Source: a virus
Length of the DNA stretch: 64,000 nt
IMG/VR virus record: IMGVR_UViG_3300030451_004287
Location: 32,001-96,000 of that record
Direction: 5' to 3' (one strand)
The notes beneath the pieces were generated by a model, which was not told where the DNA came from, made no database searches, and saw only the letters and a program-made list of their open reading frames with translations. Positions 26,262 to 35,801 of this stretch are shown piece after piece. Every line of letters starts with the position of its first letter. The stretch's first letter is position 1. The position numbers and the translations under genes were made by a program.

Positions 26262-27337
26262 TAAATTTACAGGTTCCAATTAATAACACAACAGGTTATG
26301 GTATTACCTCTACAAATATCTGGAAATTATTAAGAGAGAAAAATAATGTTTCATTGTTTCCTATAGGTGGAGGGGTTTCTCTGGATGAAGATCAAAAACA
26401 TCTTACGGAATCATTACAACAAGATTTAAACAATGCTGTTAATACTGATACTAAACACAATAATCTTTTAAAGATTTGGCATCAGCATGATTTGATGACA
26501 AGGGTTGGAGTAGGTAAATATTCTGCTTTGACTTTTTTTGAATTAGATAAATTTCAACAACAAGAAGTAACTTCACTTCATCATCCTGATAATGTACTTG
26601 TTGCATCTAACTGGGCTAAAGGTGTAGTCGAGCAACATGGTATTCCTAGCGACAGAGTAAAAGTCACACCTCTAGGAGTAGATTTAAATACTTTTAATTC
26701 TGCTAATTTCTCACAAGAAGATCGTCCACACGATAAATATATATTTATGAATGTTGGTAAATGGGAAATTAGAAAAGGTCATGATTTACTAATTAATATT
26801 TTTAATGAAGCTTTTACAGAAAAAGACAATGTTGAATTATGGATGGTCAATCATAATCCATTTCTTAAAGACGAGCAAATATATCAGTGGCATAAATTAT
26901 ATAAAGAAAGTAAACTTGGCGATAAGATTCAGATATTCCCCAGACTTGACACTCATACTCAATTAGCCAGTTTAATGGATAAGTGTAATTGTGGAATATA
27001 TTTATCTCGCGGTGAAGGTTGGAATAATGAAGCTGTTGAAACTATGGCATTAAATAAACCACTTATTATAACTAATTATTCAGCTCATACAGAATATGTT
27101 AATCCTTCTAATTCATATTTAGTGGACATTACAGAAACTGAACCAGCTAATGATGGAATTTGGTTCCACGGTCAAGGTAATTGGGCTAAACTTGGCTTCC
27201 CTCAGATTGAGCAAACAATCGAACATATGAGGTATGTATACAAGAATAATATTAGAGATAATCCGAAAGGCTTAGAAACAGCGCAAAAATATACTTGGCA
27301 AAACACAACGGATGAGATCTGGAAATATCTTACATAA
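26258..27337 (+). CDS. GT-B glycosyltransferase (GT4-like)
   Basis: TGYG, VGKWEIRKGHD, SRGEGWN..AVETMA. Confidence 0.85.
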   Translation: MINLQVPINNTTGYGITSTNIWKLLREKNNVSLFPIGGGVSLDEDQKHLTESLQQDLNNAVNTDTKHNNLLKIWHQHDLMTRVGVGKYSALTFFELDKFQQQEVTSLHHPDNVLVASNWAKGVVEQHGIPSDRVKVTPLGVDLNTFNSANFSQEDRPHDKYIFMNVGKWEIRKGHDLLINIFNEAFTEKDNVELWMVNHNPFLKDEQIYQWHKLYKESKLGDKIQIFPRLDTHTQLASLMDKCNCGIYLSRGEGWNNEAVETMALNKPLIITNYSAHTEYVNPSNSYLVDITETEPANDGIWFHGQGNWAKLGFPQIEQTIEHMRYVYKNNIRDNPKGLETAQKYTWQNTTDEIWKYLT

Positions 27338-27339
27338 TA

Positions 27340-27355
27340 GTGTATAATATAGTGT
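27340..27355 (+). promoter_or_regulatory. GTGTAT-type putative phage promoter
   Basis: tagtgtataatatagtg, 42 nt upstream of ATG 27382. Confidence 0.55.
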
Positions 27356-27381
27356 TAACTAGTATATATTAAGGAAAAATC

Positions 27382-28893
27382 ATGCCATTACCTAAGCCAA
27401 ACAAGGGCGAAAAACGCCAAGATTTTATTGGTCGTTGTATGTCTGATGACAAATCTAAAGAAGAATTTGGAGAACCAAAACAAAGAGTAGCCTACTGCTT
27501 GAGCCAAGTCAAAGCAGTAACTATGGCTGAAAAAGTACATGATGAATTATTAAAATCTAATGCAGAGTATGATGATTTCTGGAACGAATGGACATACGAT
27601 CAAGATATTGAAGATGTATACAATGAATATAATCGTATGATTGCTAAAGAAAAGAAGAAGGTAAAACTTAATAAACCTTTTAGAACTCCTGATGGACCAA
27701 AGAAGTTTAGCGTCTACGTTAAAAACGATAAAGGTAATGTAGTTAAAGTAAACTTTGGTGATCCTAATATGGAAATTAGGAGAGATGATGATGAGAGAAG
27801 AAAAAGTTTTAGAGCAAGACATCAATGCGATACTAACCCCGGACCAAAATATAAGGCACGATACTGGAGTTGTAAGTTCTGGGAAAAGAACAGTCCTGTA
27901 ACTAAGTTAACTTCAGAAGAAGATTCTAAAAAAAAAACAATAGATCTTAATGATATAGTTTATGACTCAGCTTTAAAAGAGGATTATTCTAAAGATAAAG
28001 TATCTAATCTCGTTACAGTCGATTGGACAAAAATTATTAATGATCCTCCTGATAACGATAGCGTTCAAACAAGAGAGGAATTAAAATTAATATCTAAACG
28101 ATCCACTAGTAGAACTGCTACAGAAGTTAAAGAAATTTTATTAAATGATGAAGATCCTTTAAATATATTTATGCCGTTTTTGACAGAAAATAAATTAAAG
28201 TTTGATAAAAAAGAATTTAAACTATATGAGAAGATAGTAGATCATGTGTTCGGTCTGTTAAAAAGAATGCACAATAGACCTAGACCAGCACAATTAGCAG
28301 AGCATGTAGGTTTGGAAATAGATGTTTTAGAAACTAAAACCCACCATACTCCTGCTTATCCTAGTGGTCATGCTGCTTATGGATATCTTTTAGCAGAATT
28401 TTTAGCAGATAAATATCCTCAACATAAAAAAGAACTAGTTAAGTTAGGCGATAAAACAGGGTTTCTAAGAGTAATACAAGGAGTGCATTATCCTTCTGAT
28501 TCTCTAGCTTCTAATCAGTTAGCAAAAGTTTTATACAAAAATATAAAATCTAATTTACATTCTAAGTCAGCAGATAAAAGAATACCAGAAAAAGACAAAC
28601 GAGGGAAGACAAGACCTAAAGATAAACATAGCGATCTATATACAGATGAAGACCCTAAAGGAACTATTAATGGTTTAGGTTTTAAAGATAAAGAATCAGC
28701 ATTAAAATCTATTAAGATAATTAAGAACATTAAACGTAAGCATGCACATAAAGTTCAAGCTATGTTAGTTATGATACAAAGACTAAAAGTTGCTATCGAA
28801 AGAACCAAGGATAAAGAAAAGTTAAAGAATCTTAGAGAGGCTTTAAAAGTATACGAACCAGCCTTTGAAAAACTAAAACAAAAAAAGCTATAG
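27382..28893 (+). CDS. Multi-module protein: small phage modules plus a PAP2/acid phosphatase domain
   Basis: MPLPKP..GE...FIGRCM module; KKFSVYVKN..VNFGDPNM..RRKSFRARH.C..ARYWSC module; PAP2 motifs K......RPRP, YPSGH, R...GVHYPSD; C-terminal HSDLYTDEDPKGTI module. Confidence 0.8.
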   Translation: MPLPKPNKGEKRQDFIGRCMSDDKSKEEFGEPKQRVAYCLSQVKAVTMAEKVHDELLKSNAEYDDFWNEWTYDQDIEDVYNEYNRMIAKEKKKVKLNKPFRTPDGPKKFSVYVKNDKGNVVKVNFGDPNMEIRRDDDERRKSFRARHQCDTNPGPKYKARYWSCKFWEKNSPVTKLTSEEDSKKKTIDLNDIVYDSALKEDYSKDKVSNLVTVDWTKIINDPPDNDSVQTREELKLISKRSTSRTATEVKEILLNDEDPLNIFMPFLTENKLKFDKKEFKLYEKIVDHVFGLLKRMHNRPRPAQLAEHVGLEIDVLETKTHHTPAYPSGHAAYGYLLAEFLADKYPQHKKELVKLGDKTGFLRVIQGVHYPSDSLASNQLAKVLYKNIKSNLHSKSADKRIPEKDKRGKTRPKDKHSDLYTDEDPKGTINGLGFKDKESALKSIKIIKNIKRKHAHKVQAMLVMIQRLKVAIERTKDKEKLKNLREALKVYEPAFEKLKQKKL

Positions 28894-28899
28894 TCAGTG

Positions 28900-28927
28900 T
28901 TGACATAATGACGATATAAGGTATAAT
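28900..28927 (+). promoter_or_regulatory. Sigma70-type promoter TTGACA-16-TATAAT
   Basis: Perfect hexamers upstream of the phage sigma factor. Confidence 0.85.
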
Positions 28928-28966
28928 TCAGGAGTTGTACCTTGGAACTTGTATCAGGAGAATCAA

Positions 28967-29551
28967 ATGGAAAATAAATTAGAAGATTTGTGTTTTTATA
29001 CTAAGCTCGCTAAGAAAACTATATCAGCTTTTGCTAATAATATTTATTCAGGATTAAGCCAAGAGATGCTGGCTAATGATGAAACAGTGGGTGAGGTCGC
29101 TAACGCTATTATGATTGGCGATTGGAGATGGGATAAAAACCGCAAAGGCAAAACAGGTAAATCTAAAACTAGATATTCTTATCGTAATCAATGTGCTATC
29201 TGGGCAATTCAAACATATGCTACTAAAAAGTATAAGAAAAAGAAACTGCACAGTTTAGAATATTCTTCAGACCCAGATGATAATGAAATTAAGAGTCACA
29301 TTCCGGGAAGAGAGAAAGAACCTATTTCTATTATTATAGAGAAAGAAAGTTCGGATAATATTAAATATTATCTAAATGAGATATTACAGTCGGATGTTAT
29401 ATCAGAAAGACAAAGAAAATTTATTCAAATGTATTATTACGATAGTCACACCCTTGAAAGCATTGGAAAACAGTTTAATATAACAAAAGAGGCAGTTAGA
29501 CAAAATATAAAAAAGGCTATCGAAAATATTAAAAATGTGGTCAATGTTTAA
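28967..29551 (+). CDS. Phage RNA polymerase sigma factor (sigma70 region 2/4-like)
   Basis: ISERQRKFIQMYY...TLESIGKQFNITKEAVRQNIKKA region-4 HTH; region-2-like WD......YSY...CAIWAI; RBS AGGAG. Confidence 0.85.
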   Translation: MENKLEDLCFYTKLAKKTISAFANNIYSGLSQEMLANDETVGEVANAIMIGDWRWDKNRKGKTGKSKTRYSYRNQCAIWAIQTYATKKYKKKKLHSLEYSSDPDDNEIKSHIPGREKEPISIIIEKESSDNIKYYLNEILQSDVISERQRKFIQMYYYDSHTLESIGKQFNITKEAVRQNIKKAIENIKNVVNV

Positions 29552-29882
29552 AAAGAAACAGCAGCAAGAGTTGCGTGATGTATGCTCCTTATCTTTTCAT
29601 TTAAAAGAAGATCAGGAAGTATACATCGAGTGCAACTGGGAGGATGATACGCCACCCACTGCTGATAAATATTCTAAATTAATATTCTTAGTAAATTCTG
29701 GATATTTTAATATTCAAATAATTAAGATGTTAGAAGATAAAGGTATGACAGATAGAAAGCATACTGCTTTTATTCAACAGCTACTTACTAATTGGAAAGC
29801 GTTTTATGATACATTAGAAGATAAACAACAGAGTGATTTAGTTGTTAGTCCATCGGATTTTATAGCAAATGTCAAAAAATAA
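29544..29882 (+). CDS. Hypothetical protein
   Basis: ORF track. Confidence 0.65.
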   Translation: MFKKKQQQELRDVCSLSFHLKEDQEVYIECNWEDDTPPTADKYSKLIFLVNSGYFNIQIIKMLEDKGMTDRKHTAFIQQLLTNWKAFYDTLEDKQQSDLVVSPSDFIANVKK

Positions 29883-30282
29883 AATTATATGGGAAAAATG
29901 GATAGACCCATTTTTTGCAGAAAATATTACAGATAACGAAGATCATAATGATACGGAAGAGGACTTTCCTTCATATGATGAGTATTCAGAAAAACAAGAA
30001 GAAGCTGAAGATATAGACGAGTCTGTATTACTTCTATATTCTGATATGGGAGTTATACCATATAATGAAAAAATGCCATCAGGCAAAATATTTAATTTTT
30101 GGATAGGACATACTAATTTTGATATTACGCACAGCATAAAAGAAAAAATAGAACAGGTGGATGGTATAGAGATACTGGATGTTTTTACTAGATATAGATT
30201 TCGTATAGCTATAGCTAAGTCATTTAGAGATCGAGAAGTAATGAACAATATATCTAAAGCACTTTCCAATAAATTCAGTTAG
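29869..30282 (+). CDS. Hypothetical phage protein
   Basis: ORF track; FNFWIGHTNFDIT...GIEIL..FTRYRFRIAIAK block. Confidence 0.75.
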   Translation: MSKNKIIWEKWIDPFFAENITDNEDHNDTEEDFPSYDEYSEKQEEAEDIDESVLLLYSDMGVIPYNEKMPSGKIFNFWIGHTNFDITHSIKEKIEQVDGIEILDVFTRYRFRIAIAKSFRDREVMNNISKALSNKFS

Positions 30283-30288
30283 GTTAAA

Positions 30289-30906
30289 ATGGATCATCTA
30301 CAAGACATTCACAGTTATGGCCTGAATGTAAAAAACAGAGAAATATTTTTACATAATTTTTTAGGCTCAAATGATGAAGCTAATCCGGGCGTAGAGTTTC
30401 GGATGGCAAGTATATTCTTAAAAAACATTAAAATACTAGAGCATATTTCTCGTGATCCAATCACTATTTATATGAATAGTGTTGGAGGTGAGTGGTCGGA
30501 TGGTATGTTGATATATGATGCAATACAACTATGTAAATGCTATGTTACTACGATTGTATACGCACAAGCAGAAAGTATGAGTAGCATAATCTTACAAGCT
30601 GCTGATGAAAGAGTATTGTCTCCTAATAGTTATTTTATGCCTCACTATGGATCAACCGATGCTGGTGGAGAATATTTAAGTGTTCAAAATTGGGTTAAAT
30701 TTGAAAAACATATTTGTGATGTTATGTTTAATATATATGCTGAAAGATGTTATAAAGGCAAATTTTTTAAAGATAAATATGGTGGAACTAAAGAAACAAT
30801 ACCTAAAGTTACGACATGGTTAAGATCAAAATTAAAAAATGGTGATTGGTATATTAACGCAAAAGAGGCTATTCATTACGGTTTTGCTGATAAAATCTTA
30901 AGCTAA
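30289..30906 (+). CDS. clpP: ClpP-like protease
   Basis: REIFL, ITIYMNSVGG, AESMSS (Ser), FMPH (His), DWYINAKEAIHYGFADKI. Confidence 0.9.
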   Translation: MDHLQDIHSYGLNVKNREIFLHNFLGSNDEANPGVEFRMASIFLKNIKILEHISRDPITIYMNSVGGEWSDGMLIYDAIQLCKCYVTTIVYAQAESMSSIILQAADERVLSPNSYFMPHYGSTDAGGEYLSVQNWVKFEKHICDVMFNIYAERCYKGKFFKDKYGGTKETIPKVTTWLRSKLKNGDWYINAKEAIHYGFADKILS

Positions 30907-30919
30907 GATACCTTAGAAA

Positions 30920-30937
30920 GTGTATATAGTATTGTAA
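30920..30937 (+). promoter_or_regulatory. GTGTAT-type putative phage promoter
   Basis: aaagtgtatatagtattgta, 34 nt upstream of ATG 30954. Confidence 0.55.
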
Positions 30938-30953
30938 ACTTAATGAGGTAAAT

Positions 30954-31604
30954 ATGAATATAGAATATGCCCTGCACGATATAGAGTCAAATGACAAATC
31001 TATTAAGAAAGAAATAGAATCAGCTTTAGAATATCCTATTAAACAGGTTAGTGTTTTACCACAACATATTAAAGTTGTTAAAAAAATAGTACCTAAACAC
31101 ATTAACCTATCTTGTATCATAGATTTTCCGTTCGGTATCAGTTCCGAAGAAATTAGAATGGATATGATACAGTTTGCTTCTGATGAAGGTGTAGATACTG
31201 TGGAGATTATTGCGCCAAATAGAATGATGTGTAATAGAAACTACACATCTATTCGTAGTGAAATAACTAAACAGTTTGATCTGTGTGTTAAAAATATGAT
31301 AGATGTTGCTTATGTTTTAGAGTATAGGAGATTTACCTTTACAGCTATTGCTAGAGTAGCAAAAATATTAACAGACTTTACTATTAATAAATGCTATGCG
31401 TCATCTGGAAATAAGCTAGATAATATTCATGATCATTTAATAGCTATAGCTATGCTCAAGAAAGAAGTTCCTGATATATCTATACCTTTTAATGGAAATT
31501 TGTGGTTAAAAGATCAAGTAGATCTACTGTATGAATCTGACGTTAAAATGGCCCGTGTTAGAACATTAAATGCTTTAGATCTATTTTTTAATAAAATAGC
31601 CTGA
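30954..31604 (+). CDS. DeoC (deoxyribose-phosphate aldolase)-like TIM barrel, probably inactive
   Basis: VSVLP, CIIDFPFG, EGVDTVEII and YVLE match the DeoC pattern; KTSTG and VKASGG are replaced by YASSG and IPFNGN. Confidence 0.7.
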   Translation: MNIEYALHDIESNDKSIKKEIESALEYPIKQVSVLPQHIKVVKKIVPKHINLSCIIDFPFGISSEEIRMDMIQFASDEGVDTVEIIAPNRMMCNRNYTSIRSEITKQFDLCVKNMIDVAYVLEYRRFTFTAIARVAKILTDFTINKCYASSGNKLDNIHDHLIAIAMLKKEVPDISIPFNGNLWLKDQVDLLYESDVKMARVRTLNALDLFFNKIA

Positions 31605-31668
31605 TTTATTAAATTTTGGGGTATTTAAAAATAAGTTTCTACTATACGCGCACAATGGAGAAAATAGT

Positions 31669-32208
31669 ATGTCTACCAGACAAGTCGATAATTCTGCTGT
31701 TACCTCAACCAGCACGGATAATAATGGATCAGCAATCTACGGTCTACGAACAGACCGAAATAATGCTAAAGCAGTTACTCTAGGTGATTCCCGACCAGAT
31801 CTTAATGGTTCAAGAATTACTGTAGCTATGGGTGCTGTAACCAGTGGTGTTGCTGGTGCTGTAGCTGTGAACAATGATCGAGGAGTAATTCTACAGGTTA
31901 CGGAAACACTCGCTAACGGAACAGCCACTGATCCAGCGGGCTTCCTCAAGAGTGCTGGTCAAGATAAATTTGATAGCACGCTGCACAAGTCAGAAAGCAA
32001 TACAATTACCAATCGTACCACGCGACTTCGAGAAGGAGCTTGGAATCCCTTTAGTGGTGTCTTTGGTGCTACAGCAGCGAACGAAGGTACACTAAGCAAT
32101 GTTACAATGGCATTTGGTGCTGATAGTGGTGTTCTTACAAGTGGTCCGACCTATCAATTCGGTAGTAACGTTCCAAAGCAAGATGACTATGAAGCTCCAA
32201 CTACATAG
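31669..32208 (+). CDS. Small-residue-rich protein, possible virion structural protein
   Basis: S/T/G/A-rich with higher GC; preceded by GGGTAT variant (31619) and RBS GGAG; followed by a terminator. Confidence 0.7.
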   Translation: MSTRQVDNSAVTSTSTDNNGSAIYGLRTDRNNAKAVTLGDSRPDLNGSRITVAMGAVTSGVAGAVAVNNDRGVILQVTETLANGTATDPAGFLKSAGQDKFDSTLHKSESNTITNRTTRLREGAWNPFSGVFGATAANEGTLSNVTMAFGADSGVLTSGPTYQFGSNVPKQDDYEAPTT

Positions 32209-32253
32209 TAGTAATATAATTAAGTTATTTGATTGTGCGATTTAAGTACTTAT

Positions 32254-32286
32254 AATAAGCCAATGTCTATCATTGGCTTATTTTTT
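32254..32286 (+). terminator. Rho-independent terminator
   Basis: aataagccaatg-tctat-cattggcttatt followed by tttt. Confidence 0.8.
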
Positions 32287-32301
32287 ATCACAGAAAGCAA
32301 C

Positions 32302-32610
32302 ATGATGGACACATTACTGCAACACTTATTACCAGAATGGATAAGCCTCGCTGTAGTTTTAATAGGTCTTTGGGTTAGTATTGGAAGAAATCTAGTAACT
32401 AAAGCTGAGGTAGAAAAAATGATAGCATCTTTATCTCCATATAATGTAGACAAACAATTTATATATGAAAGGTTGGATATGAATAAAGAAATGCAAGAAC
32501 AATTTGCTGATGCTCTACAAAGAAATACAGAAGTTATGAATGATTTAAAAGTACAAATAGCTACATTGAGCAAGACTTTAGAAACTATAGAACATCATAT
32601 TCAAAAGTAG
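32302..32610 (+). CDS. TM plus coiled-coil protein
   Basis: Start MMDTLL at 32302 (upstream extension overlaps the terminator); one TM then heptads. Confidence 0.7.
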   Translation: MMDTLLQHLLPEWISLAVVLIGLWVSIGRNLVTKAEVEKMIASLSPYNVDKQFIYERLDMNKEMQEQFADALQRNTEVMNDLKVQIATLSKTLETIEHHIQK

Positions 32611-32617
32611 GACTATT

Positions 32618-32845
32618 ATGAGTTATTTCGATGATATGTATAAAAAGTTTAAGACTAATTCAGAGTATAATCCTGAAGTAGAAGGTGAAGACATTTTTAA
32701 TATAGCTGGTTATGATCCAACGGATTCTGGTGGAACAGGATATTTTGCTGATGTTAGAGGAACTGGTACTGGTGCTGGTACAGTAGGTCACGTTTATCGC
32801 AATAGTGATGGTGATTTTTTCCTTAGAATTAGAGCTACGGGCTAA
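32618..32845 (+). CDS. Hypothetical Gly-rich protein
   Basis: ORF track; RBS AGGA. Confidence 0.65.
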   Translation: MSYFDDMYKKFKTNSEYNPEVEGEDIFNIAGYDPTDSGGTGYFADVRGTGTGAGTVGHVYRNSDGDFFLRIRATG

Positions 32846-32848
32846 AAG

Positions 32849-32872
32849 GTGTATATAAATATAGTATTGTAC
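32849..32872 (+). promoter_or_regulatory. GTGTAT-type putative phage promoter
   Basis: aaaggtgtatataaatatagtattgta, 42 nt upstream of ATG 32891. Confidence 0.55.
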
Positions 32873-32890
32873 AATAACTAGGAGTAAATT

Positions 32891-33121
32891 ATGGCGATTT
32901 CAACTACAGATGTTTTGACCTCAGCAATTACTACGAGCGATGCTGTTAAGAATGGCACTATCGTTTTAGCTGTGTCACCAGTATTGGGAACTACTCAAGA
33001 TATTAATACTTATGTTGTAAGCACTCCCGGTCACACAGGAGTACAGACAACACTGACAAATAGACTTGATGAAGTAGCATACTATAACACAGCAAGCGGT
33101 ATTTCTGGTGGCGGTGCATAA
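32891..33121 (+). CDS. Small Thr/Ser-rich protein, possible virion component
   Basis: RBS AGGAG; composition. Confidence 0.7.
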   Translation: MAISTTDVLTSAITTSDAVKNGTIVLAVSPVLGTTQDINTYVVSTPGHTGVQTTLTNRLDEVAYYNTASGISGGGA

Positions 33122-33462
33122 TGAAACCGGGTTACAAAACAACAGAGTTTTGGTTTACCCTAGCAACTTTTATCGTTAGTGGATTATTTTTGTTGGGGCT
33201 TTTTAGAGATGAGTCTCAAAAAGATGAATTAATTATTGTAATCAGTCACGCTATTGAGAGTATATTCTTAATAGGCGGACAGGTTATGATATTTTTAAGG
33301 TATATGCAAGGACGCAGAGAAGAAAAATTAATTAGAGTTTATAACGAGGTGGAACACGATGACAGCAGCATTTATTCAACAGAACGACCCGAACCAGACA
33401 ACAAAAGAATTGATCCGGCAAGAAGTTCTAAAACTAATTACCGAAGTAAAAATCTCTCTTAA
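33121..33462 (+). CDS. Holin-like two-TM membrane protein
   Basis: MKPGYKTTEFW N-terminus typical of small phage membrane/holin-like proteins; two TMs; charged tail. Confidence 0.6.
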   Translation: MKPGYKTTEFWFTLATFIVSGLFLLGLFRDESQKDELIIVISHAIESIFLIGGQVMIFLRYMQGRREEKLIRVYNEVEHDDSSIYSTERPEPDNKRIDPARSSKTNYRSKNLS

Positions 33463-33850
33463 AGATGTAAAACGCTTTGCTATTTCTGAAGCATGGAAAG
33501 TTTTACAGTTAGTAGTAGCGGTTGTAATCCAAATCATTGAAAAGTTAGGCGAAAATTTAAGTGGGCCTGAGAAGAAAAAAGTCGCACTAGAAGTTATAGA
33601 AAACTTTTATGACACAGTATTAGGCTCGATTGATATTCCGGGCATTCCAAGTTTTCTCGAACCTATGTTTCATAATAGCGTAAAAAGTCTTATGATGATA
33701 TTTGTAGGAGCTAGTATAGATGCTATGGTAGCTACATTTAGAAATGTTGGAGTATTTAAATCAAAATACATAGAAGGTCAATCAACAGACAGCACTTTAG
33801 TTGATCAATTATTAAATGATATATCACAAATAGTAAAGGTGGAGACATGA
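33359..33850 (+). CDS. Hypothetical protein
   Basis: ORF track; RBS GAGGTGG; SGPEKKKVAL motif. Confidence 0.7.
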   Translation: MTAAFIQQNDPNQTTKELIRQEVLKLITEVKISLKDVKRFAISEAWKVLQLVVAVVIQIIEKLGENLSGPEKKKVALEVIENFYDTVLGSIDIPGIPSFLEPMFHNSVKSLMMIFVGASIDAMVATFRNVGVFKSKYIEGQSTDSTLVDQLLNDISQIVKVET

Positions 33851-34197
33851 ATTATTTAGAACAGTTTGCTAAAGAAAGTACAGCTTTCGATCTTGCTTTA
33901 TATGCTGGCGTAATAGGAATTTGTTTTGTATTATTTAAAGATAAACTTGCTCCGGTCACAAAATGGATAGGTGATGTAATAGCAAAATTAAAACCTAATT
34001 TAAAAACTCCTGATTTAGATTTTATTACTGTGGTAGAATCTAGAGATGAAGACACAGAATTATTTTTTGAACTTGTTAAAAGCTGGAAAAAGACTAGAGA
34101 TTTAGCAGAAGATTATGGTGCAACTAAAGCTGTTGATATAGCAGATCAAATGTTTCCTTACTTAGTTCCAAATGAAGAAGAGATAACTGATGAGTAG
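33847..34197 (+). CDS. Membrane protein
   Basis: N-terminal TM; ATGA overlap. Confidence 0.7.
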   Translation: MNYLEQFAKESTAFDLALYAGVIGICFVLFKDKLAPVTKWIGDVIAKLKPNLKTPDLDFITVVESRDEDTELFFELVKSWKKTRDLAEDYGATKAVDIADQMFPYLVPNEEEITDE

Positions 34198-34693
34198 AGA
34201 TAAAATTATACTGTGCGTAGCTGGATTACTTTTATTTATTGGAGTATTTAAACCTAACTTAAATTGGTTACGGCCTTCTATACCAACACCAACTGTAGTC
34301 GATGTTGTAGAAATAGAAGCTCCAGAAGATAAAGAATTAAAAGCATTAGCAGAGAATGTTAGAGACTGTTTCTTAAATAGTTCTTCATCAACACGACAAA
34401 ATGATTCTAGACTGCTAGCTAACCTGTATAAAGATATTGCTATATTAATTAGTTTAAATAGTACTAATGAAGTTATAACTACAACAGAAGCTATTAGACA
34501 AGCAAATGTTTTGTGTGGTGCTATGTTGAACTTAGATATAAAAGGTAAGTATGAAGGATTATCTGAAGCAGCAGAGAAATTATTATCAGAAACTATAGGG
34601 GTTGATAATGTAAAGATGACAAAAGAATTAAGAGAAAAAAGTGTTAATTGTTTTAACGCTTTATCATGGGCTTGTCAAGAAGGAAGTAAATAA
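34190..34693 (+). CDS. Membrane-anchored hypothetical protein
   Basis: N-terminal TM plus Pro-rich linker. Confidence 0.7.
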   Translation: MSRDKIILCVAGLLLFIGVFKPNLNWLRPSIPTPTVVDVVEIEAPEDKELKALAENVRDCFLNSSSSTRQNDSRLLANLYKDIAILISLNSTNEVITTTEAIRQANVLCGAMLNLDIKGKYEGLSEAAEKLLSETIGVDNVKMTKELREKSVNCFNALSWACQEGSK

Positions 34694-35619
34694 TGCCACG
34701 ATATACCCCACAAACATTAAATAGATTATATAATGATGGTCTTAATGGGGCTATTTGGGAGCAAGAACATTTTGATACTTTTATGTCTACATTGAAATAT
34801 CCTTTATTTCATGATGCTGATATTAGAATTAGAAATAGCGGTAAAGGCAAACTAAGCACACCTTTTAAAAGTGTTTTAAAGTTTGACCCAAACGCTTACG
34901 AAGAACGACAAACTACAGGTGATTGTGTGTCTCACTCTACTCGAAACGGATGTGATCTAAGTAGAGCAGTAGAGATAGATGTTAAAGGAGAAAATGAAGG
35001 CTGGGTTACTAGAGGTGCTACTGAGGCTATCTACGGATGTAGAGGTCATGGCGGTCAGGGTATGAGTTGTAGTAGAGCAACACAATTTGTTAGTAAAATG
35101 GGAGGAATTGTTTTAAGGAAAAATTATCCGGGTATTGTTGATTTAAGTAAATATAAAAGTTCTATTGGTACTAAATGGGGAACTAGAGGAGTTCCTGAAG
35201 CACTAAAAAAAATTGCTGATGATAACCAAGTTAAAACTACTTCATTAATTAAAACTGTAGACGAAGCAAGAGATGCATTAGCGAATGGGTATGGTATAAG
35301 TGTGTGTAGTGGTTATGGATTTTCTAACCGTAGAGACTCTAAGGGATTTGCGCGAAAAAGTGGGTCATGGGCACATGCGATGTGCTGGACAGCTTGCGAC
35401 GATACGGGTAGTGAACCTGCATTTTTAGTTCAAAATAGCTGGGGTAAATGGAACTCTGGAGGACATCCAGAATGGGGTCCTATCCCAGATGGTTCTTTTT
35501 TAATACACGCTGATATTGCGGCTGGTATGCTTAGAGGTAATGGAGCATATGCTTACAGTAATGTAGATGGGTTTCCTCCACAAAAACTTCCTAATTACGG
35601 ATTTGAAAGTTATTTATGA
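34693..35619 (+). CDS. Papain-like (C1) cysteine peptidase
   Basis: QTTGDCVSH, WAHAM, VQNSWG catalytic motifs. Confidence 0.85.
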   Translation: MPRYTPQTLNRLYNDGLNGAIWEQEHFDTFMSTLKYPLFHDADIRIRNSGKGKLSTPFKSVLKFDPNAYEERQTTGDCVSHSTRNGCDLSRAVEIDVKGENEGWVTRGATEAIYGCRGHGGQGMSCSRATQFVSKMGGIVLRKNYPGIVDLSKYKSSIGTKWGTRGVPEALKKIADDNQVKTTSLIKTVDEARDALANGYGISVCSGYGFSNRRDSKGFARKSGSWAHAMCWTACDDTGSEPAFLVQNSWGKWNSGGHPEWGPIPDGSFLIHADIAAGMLRGNGAYAYSNVDGFPPQKLPNYGFESYL

Positions 35620-35801
35620 CAGACGATAAAAAAGAAGAAAAAGAAACAGGAGGTTGGATAGATCAGCTTCTTATGAATCAATTAATTAGAATATTAAGTG
35701 ATTTTATTTTAGGTGTGCTAAAACTATTTAGTACCGATAAAAATATAACAAAACCCAAAAGACCATTAAAAGATCTACTCGATAGGTGGTTTAAGAAATG
35801 A
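35616..35801 (+). CDS. Hypothetical protein
   Basis: ORF track; ATGA overlap. Confidence 0.55.
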   Translation: MTDDKKEEKETGGWIDQLLMNQLIRILSDFILGVLKLFSTDKNITKPKRPLKDLLDRWFKK

